A stretch of DNA of 64,000 bases, taken from assembly GCA_002269645.1 (NCBI GenBank), contig NIVC01003004.1, positions 1 to 64,000 of the forward strand, in the 5' to 3' direction. A model generated the notes under the pieces. That model was not told the DNA's origin, did no database searches, and saw only the letters and a list, made by a program, of their open reading frames with translations. Numbering within the stretch: position 1 is the stretch's first letter; the number at the start of each line of letters is the position of its first letter. This document shows, piece after piece, positions 11,618 to 56,100 of the stretch. The position numbers and the translations under genes were made by a program. The DNA is from Macrostomum lignano. Taxonomy: Eukaryota.

Positions 11618-14087
11618 TTTCGATCAGAATTACCCCCTGACCTGACGCAGTTGCTCTGCTGTTGACGCCCTCTGCAGTTGCTCACCAGCTCTACAGGTCC
11701 ACACGTGCTCCAGAAACTTAACTAGCAAGTATACTAGTTGCTCAGGAGTTCTCCTCAATTTAGGCAACAAAATGAAAAGCAATCTGCTGATAAGAGCAGG
11801 CCTTTGGCATGTGAAATTCTCTGGAACTCCCTATCTGAATTTCTTTTTCTTTTCAAGTCCTCCAGCTGAGGCGCAGGCGCATGAGCCTGCGACAGCTGCT
11901 CTTGCATTCGCTGAGATAGCGGGAGTGAAGACAGGCACACACAGCGCAGACAGCGAATCAATTCCTTGGAGGAGAGACAACAGAAATGAAGCCTTCACGA
12001 ATTTTCTTTCTTTCACTAAACGTACTCAAAAAAATTGAATGCGTTAGGCTATCCATACAGTCAAAGCATTTTCCGAGGCGTTGTGAGCAAGAATAAGGCA
12101 GACATCGATAAAGCTTGATAAAGGAAATTAATTCAACGCGACTTCTGTCAAAGATTAGGTGAACCTGCTGACAGGCTGCATTCAGACCTTCATTAGACCT
12201 TAAATTTGAAACGCCACGTTTCTCTAGCAGCAGTCACTGCCTGAGCCTAGGGGCGGCTGAGCATTTTAGTGAGTTTATTTTAGCCGTGAATATTACTCAT
12301 TCGCGACACGCAGCCGCTTTTTGGTTGGGGTAGTCGGATTTTTCCATAAGCGTCAGTGCATTCAGTATGCAAATCAAAGCCTTCAAATTTCATGGGCATC
12401 GGCCATCACCCAGACGGAGCTTCTGGGCCTTCATCAGGTTTTACTATGTTTCTGGTACTGAGTAGTGTATTTAAAGTGTACAAACTTTTTCTGGAGGCTA
12501 CTCTATAGACTCAGTCAGTAGTAGGTTGCCAGTTATCCTCGTCACAACTCAAAGGGTCTCAAGAAAAGTGTCTACAAAACTGTTTGAGCTCCAGGGTAAA
12601 TGGTGAGGAGCTATAAGGGGAATGCATGTCGCCTCAATCGAATCTTTGATTGCTTTTGGACTAATTTTCTTTGCGGTAGGAGGCTTTCAGTTTTCGCTTT
12701 TACGACTAATTTCTACTCATTAATAGATAAAAACTATATTTGTTAGAACTCGTCAGCATTCATTATATTTGCTGTTTATGTGTGAAAAAACAAGTCGTTA
12801 AATGGTTAGAGCTCGTCTTTCTGTACCATGAGAATAATTTTTTAATTTTTAGCAAATGTAGATTTTCTGAAAGCTCCCTCCACTCCAAGGCCTGAAAACT
12901 GGCTAACTGCTCTAAGAAAGAAACTAGACTTCTCAAACTTTACCGTGCGCCAAATTTGCAGTGTTTTGCCTAATACTTATCTGTACAACTTTGCAGCTAG
13001 TCAGAGAGCTAGGGAGACAAAATGCCTGACATTGATATAAAGACAATACCAAAGTCATTGTTAACATTAGATAAAGCAATGGGCAAAGAAGTTCTCCAAG
13101 TTAGTTTTGTATATATTAAGTGGAAGTACTTGCACAACGGTCAGAGTGGTTTCTGTCACTTGAGTTCAATTCCGCTACTGTTACAAGCCAACACTGCTCT
13201 CTTTGTATGGTTGCAGAAGCGGTTAAAATATCCTTCTCAGTCGCAAATGCACACAAAAATATTTAAAATCTGTCTTTTCATAGTAATAATACAGTAATAT
13301 GCAGATCCTGACGAAAAAACAACAACATTTAATAGCAATTTGAACAAATCAGATAAACAAGTCAGAAAAAAATGAATAACATAACTCTGGAGTACAAAAA
13401 ACTCATTTAATAAATATGAGCACAAGGGGACAGAAATCCATAGCGAAAACATAGGGTCAGTTAGTGATGCTCACCTAAAAAGAATAAATGAATGAAGGAT
13501 GCCAGTAGCATTTGCAGTTAATGCCAACGCGTACACATCAATAAAATTTTCATAATCCGAATCGCGATCGATATTGAAAATGGTCATAATGTTGACAGCT
13601 CATTCTTAGCATCCAGTCATAAACATCGAGGGCAGTTTAATTTTTCAATCTAATCACTCAGGCCTGATCCAAAGATCATATGTACACAAGATGGGCCACT
13701 CATTAACCGCTTATGTGGCCATTGAAGCCAATGCGAGAAATTCCTCAACTCGCGACAGCGCTAAAATCAACTACTGAACTCAAATTCGTCAGTAGTCTCT
13801 GCAGTGCATGCATCATTCTTATTTTGATTGAGTAGGTTTATATTTAATTCATTAAAAAGTTCTATCACATTCTCAAAAATAGCGTCTATGTCCCTATGAG
13901 CTGTTGAACTCCAAATTTAAGCAACCCATGTCGTGCTTTTTTCGCATAAGTGACCAAAAACAGCGGTTGAACTTCCCTATACCCGCAATACAAAGTGCTG
14001 TATGGCCTGATCTAAGACCCAAAGACAAATTCTACACGACTTAGCTTGGGCTGCGTTACTCACGCCTGAGTTCATAGGTAAAAAGTT

Positions 14088-45020
<30,933 letters not shown>

Positions 45021-46229
45021 AGTGCTTCAGTCCTTCGGAATTCAATACGATTGACAGGGGGCTCCACTCTGTGGCTATGCCATGCCCGCTGCAGTCTGGC
45101 CTGAGGTAAAACACAGCGTTGAAAGCAGCCTCTACACGATACCAAGGGACAATGTGCCCCTGTAAGAACAGGAAAGAAGATAGACAGACAAGAGACTGGA
45201 GCACACAGGGCTAAGTGCCTACCTATCGTGTGTGAAACCAACCTCGAGCCGCTTGTTTACGATGCCACTTTATACAGATTCCATAGGGATTGAATTGAGC
45301 TCAGATGAGAACGAGTGGCAGGGTGAGGCAGGTAAAGACGAAATTAAATTGTATTTATTTTCTCTCTGCTTCTCTCCCTTTCGCCATTCATTCTTTGCTC
45401 AATAGAAATGAATCGCTTTAAAAGCAGCTGTGTAGCAATTTCAAAGAGGGCCGGGAGGAGACCAAGTAACCATTGGTTGGCGCACTCCTCGGTTGCTGTT
45501 AGAGATGACTGAGAGGCTGAAATGCATATACTAAGGCCAGAGCTATAATAGTGGGGGCGTGTGCTCAATGCGCATCATGCAAGTAAAGGCGCACTCGCAT
45601 GTACATCCACCACCTGTCCCATTGCTTCTATCTGCTGCAGATCTCCCCTGTCCCCCTGTGAATCTGCCAGCTCAGTATATCGTACGGCAGGAATGATTTA
45701 TTAGTCTGAGATAGCAGCAATAGCGTGATTATAGAATCATGGCGCAGCAGGGCAACTGACGACAAGCCGTAATTCTTGCTTGTGTGCGCCACATGTGCGC
45801 AAAGCCTATAACAATGACGTCTGCACAGTGGTGCAATTGCCTGTGCCGTGCCCTATTGTTGCCGTGGATAGACACGGTGGAAAACAATATACGTAGTAAG
45901 TTGTATCTATTCAGAGAATTTAAAGACCAGACTAGTACCTGATTTTACTGCAGGTCTGCATTTCAAAAAGCAAGGAAAGGAGCATGAGGTCTGAGAAATG
46001 TCAATAGCAAGTAACGAAACTGTAATTACGTGACGCAATATGCAGACGTAAATATTGTTGAGCTTTTCTAACAATAACTTAGTTTTATATGCTCGTTACA
46101 TAGGACAACAGTAGTTTCTCACGTTAAATTTGTCTTCATTGGTCATGGTGCAAATGGGCCTTACAAATAATTATTCGCAAGAGGGGATATTAGTATTACT
46201 AGTAATACTAATACCAATACTAATTAGTA

Positions 46230-46584
46230 AAAATAATAATAATAATAATAATAATATTATTGATAATAATAATAATATTAATAATTGATTATACTGTCCT
46301 AGAAGACAGATGCGCAAAATACAGCTCAGCCGCAGCTATCGCGCGCATCTGAAAGCTTGCGTACGGCTGTTCTGTCCAAGGACTGGGCGGGGGGTCGCCA
46401 TACACAGCCTCAATTACCCCCAGCTAATGCTGGCACCCATTTTACAGCTGGATGGGTGAACTGAAGCAATGCAGAGTTAAGTGTCTTGCTCAAGGACACA
46501 AATTGTTCTGAGTGGGTCGAGTATCGAAGTTACCCCCGGCCTTTCAGTCGTGAGTCCAACGCTCTAATCACTAGGCTGAAACCC
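46230..46584 (-). mobile_element. SINE family A copy
   Basis: Full-length reverse-complement match to family A with a TAA tail. Confidence 0.85.
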
Positions 46585-46936
46585 TTACTAGTACTAATTC
46601 ATGTAGTGTGTATTTGTGATTTATGTCCACGTGCTCGCTTACAGAAAAGTCGAGAAGGAGCAAATCCGACTCTACTCATGCAGTTCTTTATGCAGGCCGT
46701 TTCTCCTAAAAAAATTAAGCGCTCACGATAATGATTAGCTCAGCTGACCTGTAACAAATGTAGAACGAAAAAAAACCGGCATATGCAGTATATGGCCACA
46801 CGAGAAATGTTTTACCTATTATTAGAAACCTTCCTTTGTAGTTCCTGTCTGTCTACTTACAAGAGTGCTATAAATATTTACGGCAAAGCCTCTCGGGTCC
46901 TTCAAAATAACAATCCGGCCCGCTCAAGCTTTCTAT

Positions 46937-47322
46937 TGTAGCGTATTTACTATATTATAATTAAGTATTGTAGCGTATTTCTATTTTCTTAATATTCTAT
47001 AACATGCTTCTCCAACTAAACAACGCGCGTACATGGTATAAGATAGCGTACAGTACGAGTACAACACTTAGTATTCTAGAAACTTCCGCGTAAACACTCA
47101 CTTACTATATTTGGTATTTTGAACTCCCGCGCACCCTTTCTATAAATTTTTATAGAGAATATAGGGATTCCGGAACGTTCTATTAACACGGATATAAATA
47201 TACAGCACTCTAACACGCAATTCTTCAACTCTCTTTCTTTTCCACACGGAAAACAATCAAAGCAAAAACCAAAGCAAATGAACCACCGCGTTTTACGCCT
47301 CGATTATTTTCTCAATCTTACA
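46937..47322 (+). mobile_element. Solo LTR (probably Ty3/gypsy or BEL type), 386 bp
   Basis: Begins TGTA, ends TACA, flanked by 4-bp direct repeat CTAT (46933-46936 and 47323-47326); internal TATA-like GGATATAAATA; no internal coding region. Confidence 0.65.
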
Positions 47323-47945
47323 CTATCTCTTCTCAGTGCTCTTCTCTCTCTCCTCTCTTCTCTCCTGTCCTCTCCCTCTTCTCTCCTTTCTCCTATCTCC
47401 CTCAGTCATGCTCTACAGAGTAGGATCTCTATCTGGCCTAATCTATAGTAAATGGCAGGTGCATAATTGTTTAATGATGAAAAATCTAGCAATTTTTTTT
47501 CAACGAACAATATCCGAAACAGTTTTCAACTATGCCACGTCTTTGATGAATGTCATCTTTTAATGAATTTTGCTAGAATTGTCGTTATGTCTCTGTCTTC
47601 TTGAGTCATTCCAGCTATACATTTAAACAGGAAGTGTACCCCTCACAAAGCACTTTGGACGAGTCGTGCGTCCTATCCTCTTAAAGGATCTTTGACCTCC
47701 CTGGCCTCATTGTTTCGCAGGCTAGTTCACAGTTTGCTAATCTAAACTCTGACAGGGTACACTTTAACTCTGGATTGGAAACTTCTAGAACATACTTTTC
47801 GGTTGAGTAGTGCCATTTCGAGCTTTTGCAAAGGAAGTAAAGGACTTCGATACCCGTCCATGTTAACAGATCTGCATTATTTTGTGGCAAATTTGCGCGT
47901 TTTACAAACAGGAGAAATAATAACATAAGTAATAGCATTCTCGTA

Positions 47946-47987
47946 TGATTAGCGACATGTTTAGACTCAGGCTATCGTCAGTAACCC
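47946..47987 (-). ncRNA. Decayed minimal hammerhead-like motif (Penelope-type)
   Basis: GGTTA-CTGACGA-tagcctgagtct-AAAC-AT-GTC-gc-TAATC. Core CUGACGA, palindromic ACATGT stem III and stem I pairing are present, but GAAA has become TAAA. Confidence 0.35.
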
Positions 47988-48145
47988 TCTTTAGAGCATT
48001 CTAGGCGTGCGTGTGCAACTCTCTCTCTCCTCTCTCTCTCTTTCTTCGTTGCCGCTCTGTGCGCTCCACAAGACTGCAATAGCCTAGATTAACGACCCCC
48101 TTTTTTCGTCTAAATCCACATACTAAAAATGGTTTGTCTATAGTA

Positions 48146-48873
48146 TACACCTTTTTGCGATCTAGTTTGCCAAAACTGCAATCAATTTTGCCCGCGGAAA
48201 AATATCACTTATAATTTTGCTGTCTATGCCAAGTCTGCTCAGTCATGACCAGAGTTTCAGCCACAGACAACTCTTTGAAAACTGCAATCAATTTTGCCAA
48301 AACTGCGACCTAGTCTGCCCATAGCAAGCCAAGAAGAATTTTATTGAGAATCAATTCGGAAGTGTGACGAAATAAACTGTAACAGTGAACAATAAACAGC
48401 GAGTTTATAATGGTAGGCGTAGGTACAAATGCTCTCAATCATATAGCATTGTTAAGGGACCTCCGCTTGGCACCTCCGCGAGGCAGAGGCTCCATACGAC
48501 CGGTTGCGTTGAATTGTCCAACTATGTAAGTCACGGTTCTTCGTGAGATGCCCAACAGCCTACCGAAATCTTGCCAGTCCTCTCCATCCTGATATGCTTG
48601 AATCAATCGCTGCCGGTCCTTCGCTGAAATCCTGTTATAAGGTCCACGCTGGGCCATTCTTTGATCTTGCTATGTATGTCTGTGGTGTTTTCTTTGCTAT
48701 GGGCAAACTAGGTCGCAGTTTTGGCAAAATTGATTGCAGTTTTCAAAGAGTTGTCTGTGGCTGAAACTCTGGTCATGACTGAGCAGACTTGGCATAGACA
48801 GCAAAATTATAAGTGATATTTTTCCGCGGGCAAAATTGATTGCAGTTTTGGCAAACTAGATCGCAAAAAGGTA
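48146..48873 (-). mobile_element. Non-autonomous Tc1/mariner/IS630-like transposon with ~180-bp IR/DR-type TIRs
   Basis: 48146-~48327 is the reverse complement of ~48688-48873; flanked by TA; each TIR has two copies of AAAACTGCAATCAATTTTGCC. Confidence 0.88.
48439..48657 (-). pseudogene. Truncated transposase N-terminal HTH (paired-like) domain
   Basis: MAQRGPYNRISAKDRQRLIQAY..DFGRLLGISRRTVTYIVGQFNATGRMEPLPRGGAKRR fits the Tc1/IS630 HTH plus GRP/GG linker; the DDE domain is deleted. Confidence 0.75.
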
Positions 48874-48904
48874 TATTAATAAATACACCAATCAATCAAT
48901 ATTC

Positions 48905-48956
48905 CTTATGAGCCTGACGACGCCTGACGCAAGGCGAAAAATGTCTAAGCCATAAG
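48905..48956 (+). ncRNA. Decayed minimal hammerhead-like motif (Penelope-type)
   Basis: CTTATG-agc-CTGACGA-c-GCC-tgacgcaa-GGC-GAAA-a-AT-GTC-taagc-CATAAG. Stem II and outer stem I pair; one C>A change would disrupt stem III. Confidence 0.4.
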
Positions 48957-49084
48957 TCTAAGCTATGTCTAAAGTCATTAGAGAATACTAATGCTCACGT
49001 TCTTATACTTCTTCTCTTTACATTATTTTGCTATTCAATTTAACTGTGATGCACCCATGACTACAAGTTTGGGTGGAAGTCTTG

Positions 49085-49233
49085 GCCATAGACTGGCTTT
49101 CAGATTAGCGATCCTTTCTATTCCTTCATCCATGGATGCACCGACCTCATCTCATCTGATGTGAGCTCTATTAGTCTATGGCGCAATGTCAGTAGAACAG
49201 ATCTAGAATAGGGTAGTCTATGGCCATAGACTA
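49085..49233. mobile_element. Short element(s) with CCATAGACT termini plus a perfect 20-bp palindrome
   Basis: GCCATAGACT (49085) ... AGTCTATGGC (49182); TAGTCTATGGCCATAGACTA at 49214-49233; same motif in the 1824-2109 fold-back. Confidence 0.5.
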
Positions 49234-50157
49234 TTTTCACTGAAAAGTCAGAGGATAGAGTGAGCTTCGAGGTTTGGGAAAGTGAAGGATAATGGAACGA
49301 TAAATTGTTCGATAAATTTAACTTTGCGACTTCCCGGTCACGACTACAGACTGAAATGCCATCGCTGTCGAGTCATAAAACTGTGCGTTGAGTCACAGAG
49401 AGCTAACTCGATCTTCTCTTTTGTTCTAGTTTTTCTCTCCTTTTTCTCAGGCTCTTACCCCCTAAAATTTTCGTGCTCACCTCACCCCGACTAGACTTGG
49501 AGTTCTCGCCAATTTTACTCCCCTCACTCCATTGCTCCTCTCTCAGAACCAGTCTCAGACCATTTTCACCTCTTTTTTCCCCGCCTGTTCAGTCCCGTCA
49601 TCCTCATTGTGCGCTCATCCCTCCTATGCTGTTCAAAAATTGAGGGCTTTTTAACTGAGTCGCTACTTTGCTGAACGATGAACTTGCATACATATAGAGT
49701 GATGATGAACAACAAGCTGAGGGAGAGGCTTTCTCGTCTCTCATTCACTTAGCTCTGCCCAACCGCGCGGAAGCCTCTCCCTACTCTCTCTCTCTACTCT
49801 ACTCTCTCTTACCCCCATAACGACAGGGTCTCTCTAGCTTGCCACTTCTCCGTATGCACGGCGCTTGCATGGAAGGATGCACGTTCATTGCACGGCCCTG
49901 CTAGCCAACGGAGCTCTTGTCCGACTGTCGACAACCTCATTCTCTACCTCTACCAGACCCAGACTTATGCACAGTAAGGAAACGGTTCACACTCAGAATT
50001 CAAATATAAACTGTATGCTTCTAGCCCCAACAATTGACACCCTACAAGTCTACAGAAGCGAAGAAAATGTTGCACGTCAGTAGAGCAAAGCTTTTATCAA
50101 ACAATACGTGCGCAAACAGATTATGAACCGTTGCATCTACTAGTTCCTACATCAAAA

Positions 50158-53100
50158 ATGTCAATCAGGCGCCTGAGCTGGCCAAGACGAGGCGCATCGC
50201 TGCTGCTGGCCTTCCTCGTACTGCTTATAATTTACTATTTGAACCAAATGGGCTTGAAGCTCAACTTCGAGCCACACGCGTACTTCCCAGACCCGGTGTT
50301 GGGCCAATATATTCGCAGCAACTTTCCTCTGCCGCAGAAGGCATCGCCTACCGTCAAAATCGTGCACTTCATGCACAAGAGTTACCTAGTGCTGCCCGAT
50401 CACAGGCGGTTTCTTAGCAGCTGGAGGTAAGCTGGCTAAAACCTGTGTTATAAATTATTTTTCAATTGGGTTTTGGAGAGTATTTGGAGAAGTCATTGGG
50501 GGGAATTCCGAGGCCCTAGCGCAACCATGGCTGGTGTGAACTCTTTGCGCATTATTCGGGAACTCTACCTACCTACCTACCTTCCTACTTACCTACTTTC
50601 CTACCTACCTACCTACCTACCTACCTACCTACCTACCTACCTACCTACCTACCTACCTACCTACCTTCCCACCTAATTTCCTTTCTAATCTACCTAATTC
50701 ATCTACCTTCCTATACCTATCTACTCGTACCTACCTACCACCCTCATACCTACCTACTTTCCTTCCTACCTACCTACCTACCTACCTACCTACCTACTTA
50801 CCTGCCTAACCTACCTATCTACCCCACCTACCCTACCTTCCTTTGAAGTTTATTATAAAACTTCCGTTCTATATTGCATCCAATTGTAATCGACCCACAA
50901 AATGAAACATTGTGCAATTTAACTAAAAGAAATGATAGTCCCCCAATGGGAGGTTTTTAATTAAAAAATTTTAAATGCTGCACAAAACATACCCGCAAGG
51001 TCTAATTATTAGTGCGAATGCTCACAAGTACATTCGATTATTGGGAAGAAGTATTCGGGATTTTGGGATTGAGGGTCGATTCTCAGGTGGGGCTTGGATG
51101 CTTGAGGAAAAATAGCTATAAGTAAGTTCTGTACAAGTGAATGAAAACATTTCTGCTTGCATGTGGCTGAGGGAAATGATCGGAACAGGGCACTTCGTCT
51201 CCTGGAAAGTTTTAAGATATAAAGGGCTATCAGATAATATCTTACCAAGGAAAACTTTAAAAAGCTGCTTTTCGAAAAAAATATTTATCCTAAAAAATCA
51301 AACTGCCATATAAGAGTCTTCCATAATTTCATAATAAACATAATTTTAAGAGAAAGAATATATAATCATATTATCTCTTAAGAGTTTAGACAAAAGACTA
51401 GCAATATTCGCCCCACATTGGGTAAGAAACAAAAAAGCGAATAATTTGTTTGAATCAACTACATATATAATAGCTTTCGACCTTGTACAGTCACTATTGT
51501 TAGTTTCTCCAGGAAGATAATGTTTAAGGAAAATGAAGTTTCAAGCTATCCAGCCTAAGAAGAGATCAGCATCCCATGTGGACCTTGGGCATCAAAGCCT
51601 CGGTCTCAACTCGAAAACAATTATAGCATCTTAGAAACCGCCCATGAGCCGCCATTTAAAGGGGCACATTTTCTTTTTTTAATTTAATTAAAAGTCAAAC
51701 TTATATAATATTGACTAGATTCGCGGAGATTATGAGTATTCTCCGCTCCCTGTATTCGCGGGACACATTTTGTCTATGGTAGAAGAAAGCTAGCGTTCAA
51801 TCAACCTCACTTTGGCTCAAGGCGTTAATTTTATTGTCTATGGCAGCAGAGGTTACTTAGTGAGAATCTCCGGTAGCAAAGCACTAGCGACATAGACAAG
51901 GCGTACAGGCAAAGTGGGATACTGTTCATCCTTTGATATGACTTGCCCTTCCCCATAACTCTATTGATATTTGTAGAGCTTTTTGCTTACAATAAAAGGC
52001 TTTACTTACTTACTTACTACCGACGGGGGGCAGAACGCCGCGATAAGGCCGCGAGGCCCCTATCACAACCCCAAGCTAAAAACAGAAAGGCGTTAGCCTT
52101 GGGGCTGCGCCCCCCCCCCCCTCGCCGGCAGCAGAAGCGCTCGCGAGAGTGGCGTCTGCGATCTTCATCCGTCCAGAATCCCGAACGAATGCGCGCAGGT
52201 CACGGATCCGGTCTGGAGTGGTGAGCTCGTCCAGCCTTAGCGGGTGACCGAGGTGACGTCTCCGCGCCTCGTTGAAGTGCGGGCAGAAAGTGACGTGGTG
52301 CGTCGAGGTTTCCTCCTCTAAATCACAGAATGGGCAGATAGGGGAGCAACCACTTTCAACCCCATTCTGACCCCCAGATTTGTGGCTTTTTCACTGTTTT
52401 CAGTGATTTATGGCGGTCTAGCTGTCACTTTTGGCTCCAGCCTATCTGGGTCAAAGAGGTCTTTCCAGCTTTCTCCCCACTCGCTCTGTTACTTTCTCCT
52501 TTGATTTATGGGCGTTTTGCGGTCACTTTTGGCGCCAGGATGTCTAGACAAGTGACTTTTATTGCGTTTTGCTCATGATTTATGACTGCACCTGTCAACT
52601 TCCCTGGGGTCTGAAGGCCACCTGGCGGGGTGGGTTTTGGGGTTTTGAGCTCAGCCAATTAGAGCCGACCTGACTGCCCTCGGCTCGACCAATCAGAAAA
52701 TTCGGCGCCTATTTTAACAAAAGCTCTCAACCAATCAGAAAATTCGGCGTGCGTTGTAACAAATCGGCCGCGTGAGAGCTATAAAAGGCGGCAACTCGAC
52801 CCGCGCTCGAGAAAACGGTCGTTTTTCTTACCTTGGCCTTGGCCAGACCTGCCGACCTGATCCCCTTCGGCTTCTGCAGCGTCTTCGACGTCTGATCCCC
52901 CTTCCCCCGGCAGTTTCGGCTTCAACAGCTAACTTCCCCTTGAGAGGTTTCACCAGTACTTCTCGGCCGTGAACAAAGAGCAGCAACAGCAATCGGCAGG
53001 TGAAGAGTAACGGCGGCACTCGTCAGTTAAGATCAGCATCAGCATCCCATCTGAGCGCTTCGGTCTCTGTGGATTCCTTGGCCACCGGCAGATAGGTCCT

Positions 53101-56100
53101 CTGATTGGTTGGGTGAGAGGCTTTCTTGACCTGCTAAACTGGGTGCGCCCTTTGTCTGACCCCTTCCTAGGTAGTCTGATAGGATTTGCACTTCTGCATA
53201 CTTGCTTTTGTGTGTCAAACTCGAGGCAGAAGTGTCAGTTAATATTAAAAGTAGCCATTCGCTCTAACTCAATCTTGGTGTTTAGGATTGCGGATTAAGT
53301 GAGAAAGTTAAATCTGGAAATTAAAGACTTAGCGTTTTCTTTCTTTTTCGCAATGCCAGCTGAGATGAGCGACTAGATCTAGAGGCAGAGGCCACAGTGG
53401 ACCGGAAGCGGCGCAGTTCCCAGTCAATCAGTCGATCTCTGAAATCATGATAAGCATGCAAACTAAGTGCCAGACTGGTGCTTTCGCGCGGTCTCTGGCA
53501 GCTAAGCGGCTAAAACGAGTTAAATGTTAGTCTAGAGATCTCCAAAAGTAACAATACATCTACACCATCGCTATCTGTCGACGTGTTAACACATTTAGTG
53601 CCAAAAGCGTGCAGTCACGTGTACTTATACATGTACTTCTGGGAATTTGGTAATGAAATAGTACATTTAGTAGTGTATAATAAAGGCTCGCCAGCGCAAG
53701 AACCCCCTGCAGAAGTCCTCTCTGTCCCTGCATGGCCAATGCGATCTTAGTCCCAGCAGCGTCCCTTCTATTCGGCTATGACTTCGAGATTTAGACAGCT
53801 AAAAGACACTAGATGGCAGGCAAGTGCAATGCCCCTCTAGTCGGAAGTCCGATTTCGATAGCTCCGGTTTGGTGAGCCGGGGCGCACGGACTGGTGGCAG
53901 CGGGTTGGTTAATCTGCGGATTAGCTAATCTCTACCTTTCAAATTCTCCCTGCTTGTCTCTCGCTGTCTTCTCTTAGCTATAGGACCTTGCTGCTCGCCC
54001 ACAATCTAGCTACCATGGGGCTGACCATCTGACAGGAGTGAGAGGCCAGAGCTTTAAGTGATTCATTTCTGAGTTCTGAGGCCCGAAGCTACAGGCTTAA
54101 AAAGGCCGAACCCATCACACTCTTGAAAGGCTTTAACTATACTTGGTTAATATAGGCCACGTTTATAAAAAAGCATATCCTAGTAATAAGCCTAGTAGTT
54201 TTATTTGTCTGAATGCTTGAATTATTGTGTAACAGTTGAAAACCCATCTTTTTTGCACGATCAATAAATTAAGCATGATAAAAAGATTCATAAAACGAAT
54301 GAATAAACTTGTATTATTGTTATGATTTTTAGACACAGGACATGTCATATCAAAAGATGAACTTTGGGTCTGCCTACTATCAAAAGCAATTTTTAACTTC
54401 TGTGCTGAAGAAATGGAAGCCTCCTATCTTCGTAATGCATTGTTTTGGTAAAATCTGTCTTCTAAAATTTTCCGAGAAACGTAGTTTCTCGTCCTTCTAC
54501 TTGAGTAGTCCTCGAACATCTGATGTTTAAAGACAAACCACTTTCCATATTTTTATTTTTTAAGCATAAAAAGTTGAGTTTTCGTATCAAGTAGCGTTTA
54601 GTTTAGTTTAGAGAAAATCGAAGATATTTTCATTATAGTCCCACTTCGGCTATGTGATTAATGGCTGGTTTGCATTCTGAGGTAGCTCCCCCATTGAATC
54701 AGTTTGAAAATTAGGAGCTACTTGATGTGATAATGTGAACCGGCCTTAACCAGTCTGACTCTCGCGGCACAACCCCTGGCGGAATTCATTCCCGTGCACG
54801 GTCTGAGGTAGAACTGATAGCAATCCCAGAGAGACCACACATAGTCATATTTCTGAATCGTGCTATATTTCTTGACTACTTTGTCAAGAACCATGGCTAC
54901 CGCAAGGTTTTGCTACCTGGCTTATCTATATAGTCTGGGTAACGCTTGGCCTCTGTGCGACAGAAATACTTTTGGAGTAATCTAAGTTACAATCGAATTC
55001 ACTCCGAAGTTTCTTTTTATCAGTGACGGCGGATTCAAACGAATGTAGCGCCACTTATAGTGCCAATAGCAGTTTAAGGCGGATATGGACTTTTCTTGAC
55101 CTAGCTTTTTGCATTGGTCCAACTTTGCCGTACGTTTGCGTAATAATGACCGCCACTAAGTCGCACTGGCAAGTCTGTTTTACATGCTGATTAAACCTGA
55201 GTTGGAATAAGTTCTCACAATATTCAATTATCTTGCAAACCAGGAAAGTCTACCCAAGCTACGATCTGTACTTCTGGACTGACGCCGACATCGAGCGTCT
55301 GGTGACCACCCGCTACCCCGAGCTGCGCAATTTCTACGAGAAGCGGCTCGGCAACCCGCTTGAGCGCTCCGACGTCGCCCGCGTGCTGATCCTGCACGCC
55401 TTCGGGGGCTGGTACGCCGACCTGGACGCCGGCAGCCAGGTGAACGCCGAGAACATCACGGAGAGACACTCGCTCATAGTGCCGCTGGAGCCCTTCTTGC
55501 ACGCCATGATTCCATTCAACCGCAGACGCTTGGTCAACAATGCTATCATGTACAGCACACCCGGGCACCCCTTCTGGATGTTCCTTATCAGTCGTATCGC
55601 ACACCGCATCTTGGCTTTGCCGAACACTCCGAGGTATGCGCAATTATTGTAATTAAAGGAACGTGGGTTTAGGGGGGAATGAGAAGTCAGGCAACATAGC
55701 GAAAAGAAAAATCCGTGCTTTCCTGTAGCGTCATCAGAATTAGAAAGCACTAGTATCATCGGGATCTCAAGGACTACAAAGTAGAAGGACGCAAGACTCA
55801 GAATTGGTGAAAATTTCATTGAATGCCGATTTTTTAATGTATCTCCTGTGCACCCAGGGCCGGAATCATGGCCAGATCATGGATGATCCATGCATGCGCC
55901 CATCCATGCATCATCCCTGATCATCTATGGACCGATCCATGTTCATAGATGGTTTCATGCTCATTCCATGGATGGCGGAATAGCCATACATGATCATCGA
56001 TGTATTACTTTCCATGCATGGACATGTATGATTCTGTTAATACTTGCTGTATATACTACTCATTAAGGTACATTGTGCTATTTATGCTATTCTTTAGACC

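Noticed and set aside
12388-12440. Third hammerhead-like motif (CTGATGA-a-GGCC..GGCC, minus strand)
   Set aside because: GAAA is replaced by GATG, and no stem I or stem III could be formed.
50473-50676. LPTY-repeat ORF (PPxY-like)
   Set aside because: Derived from the (CTAC)n microsatellite in an intron.
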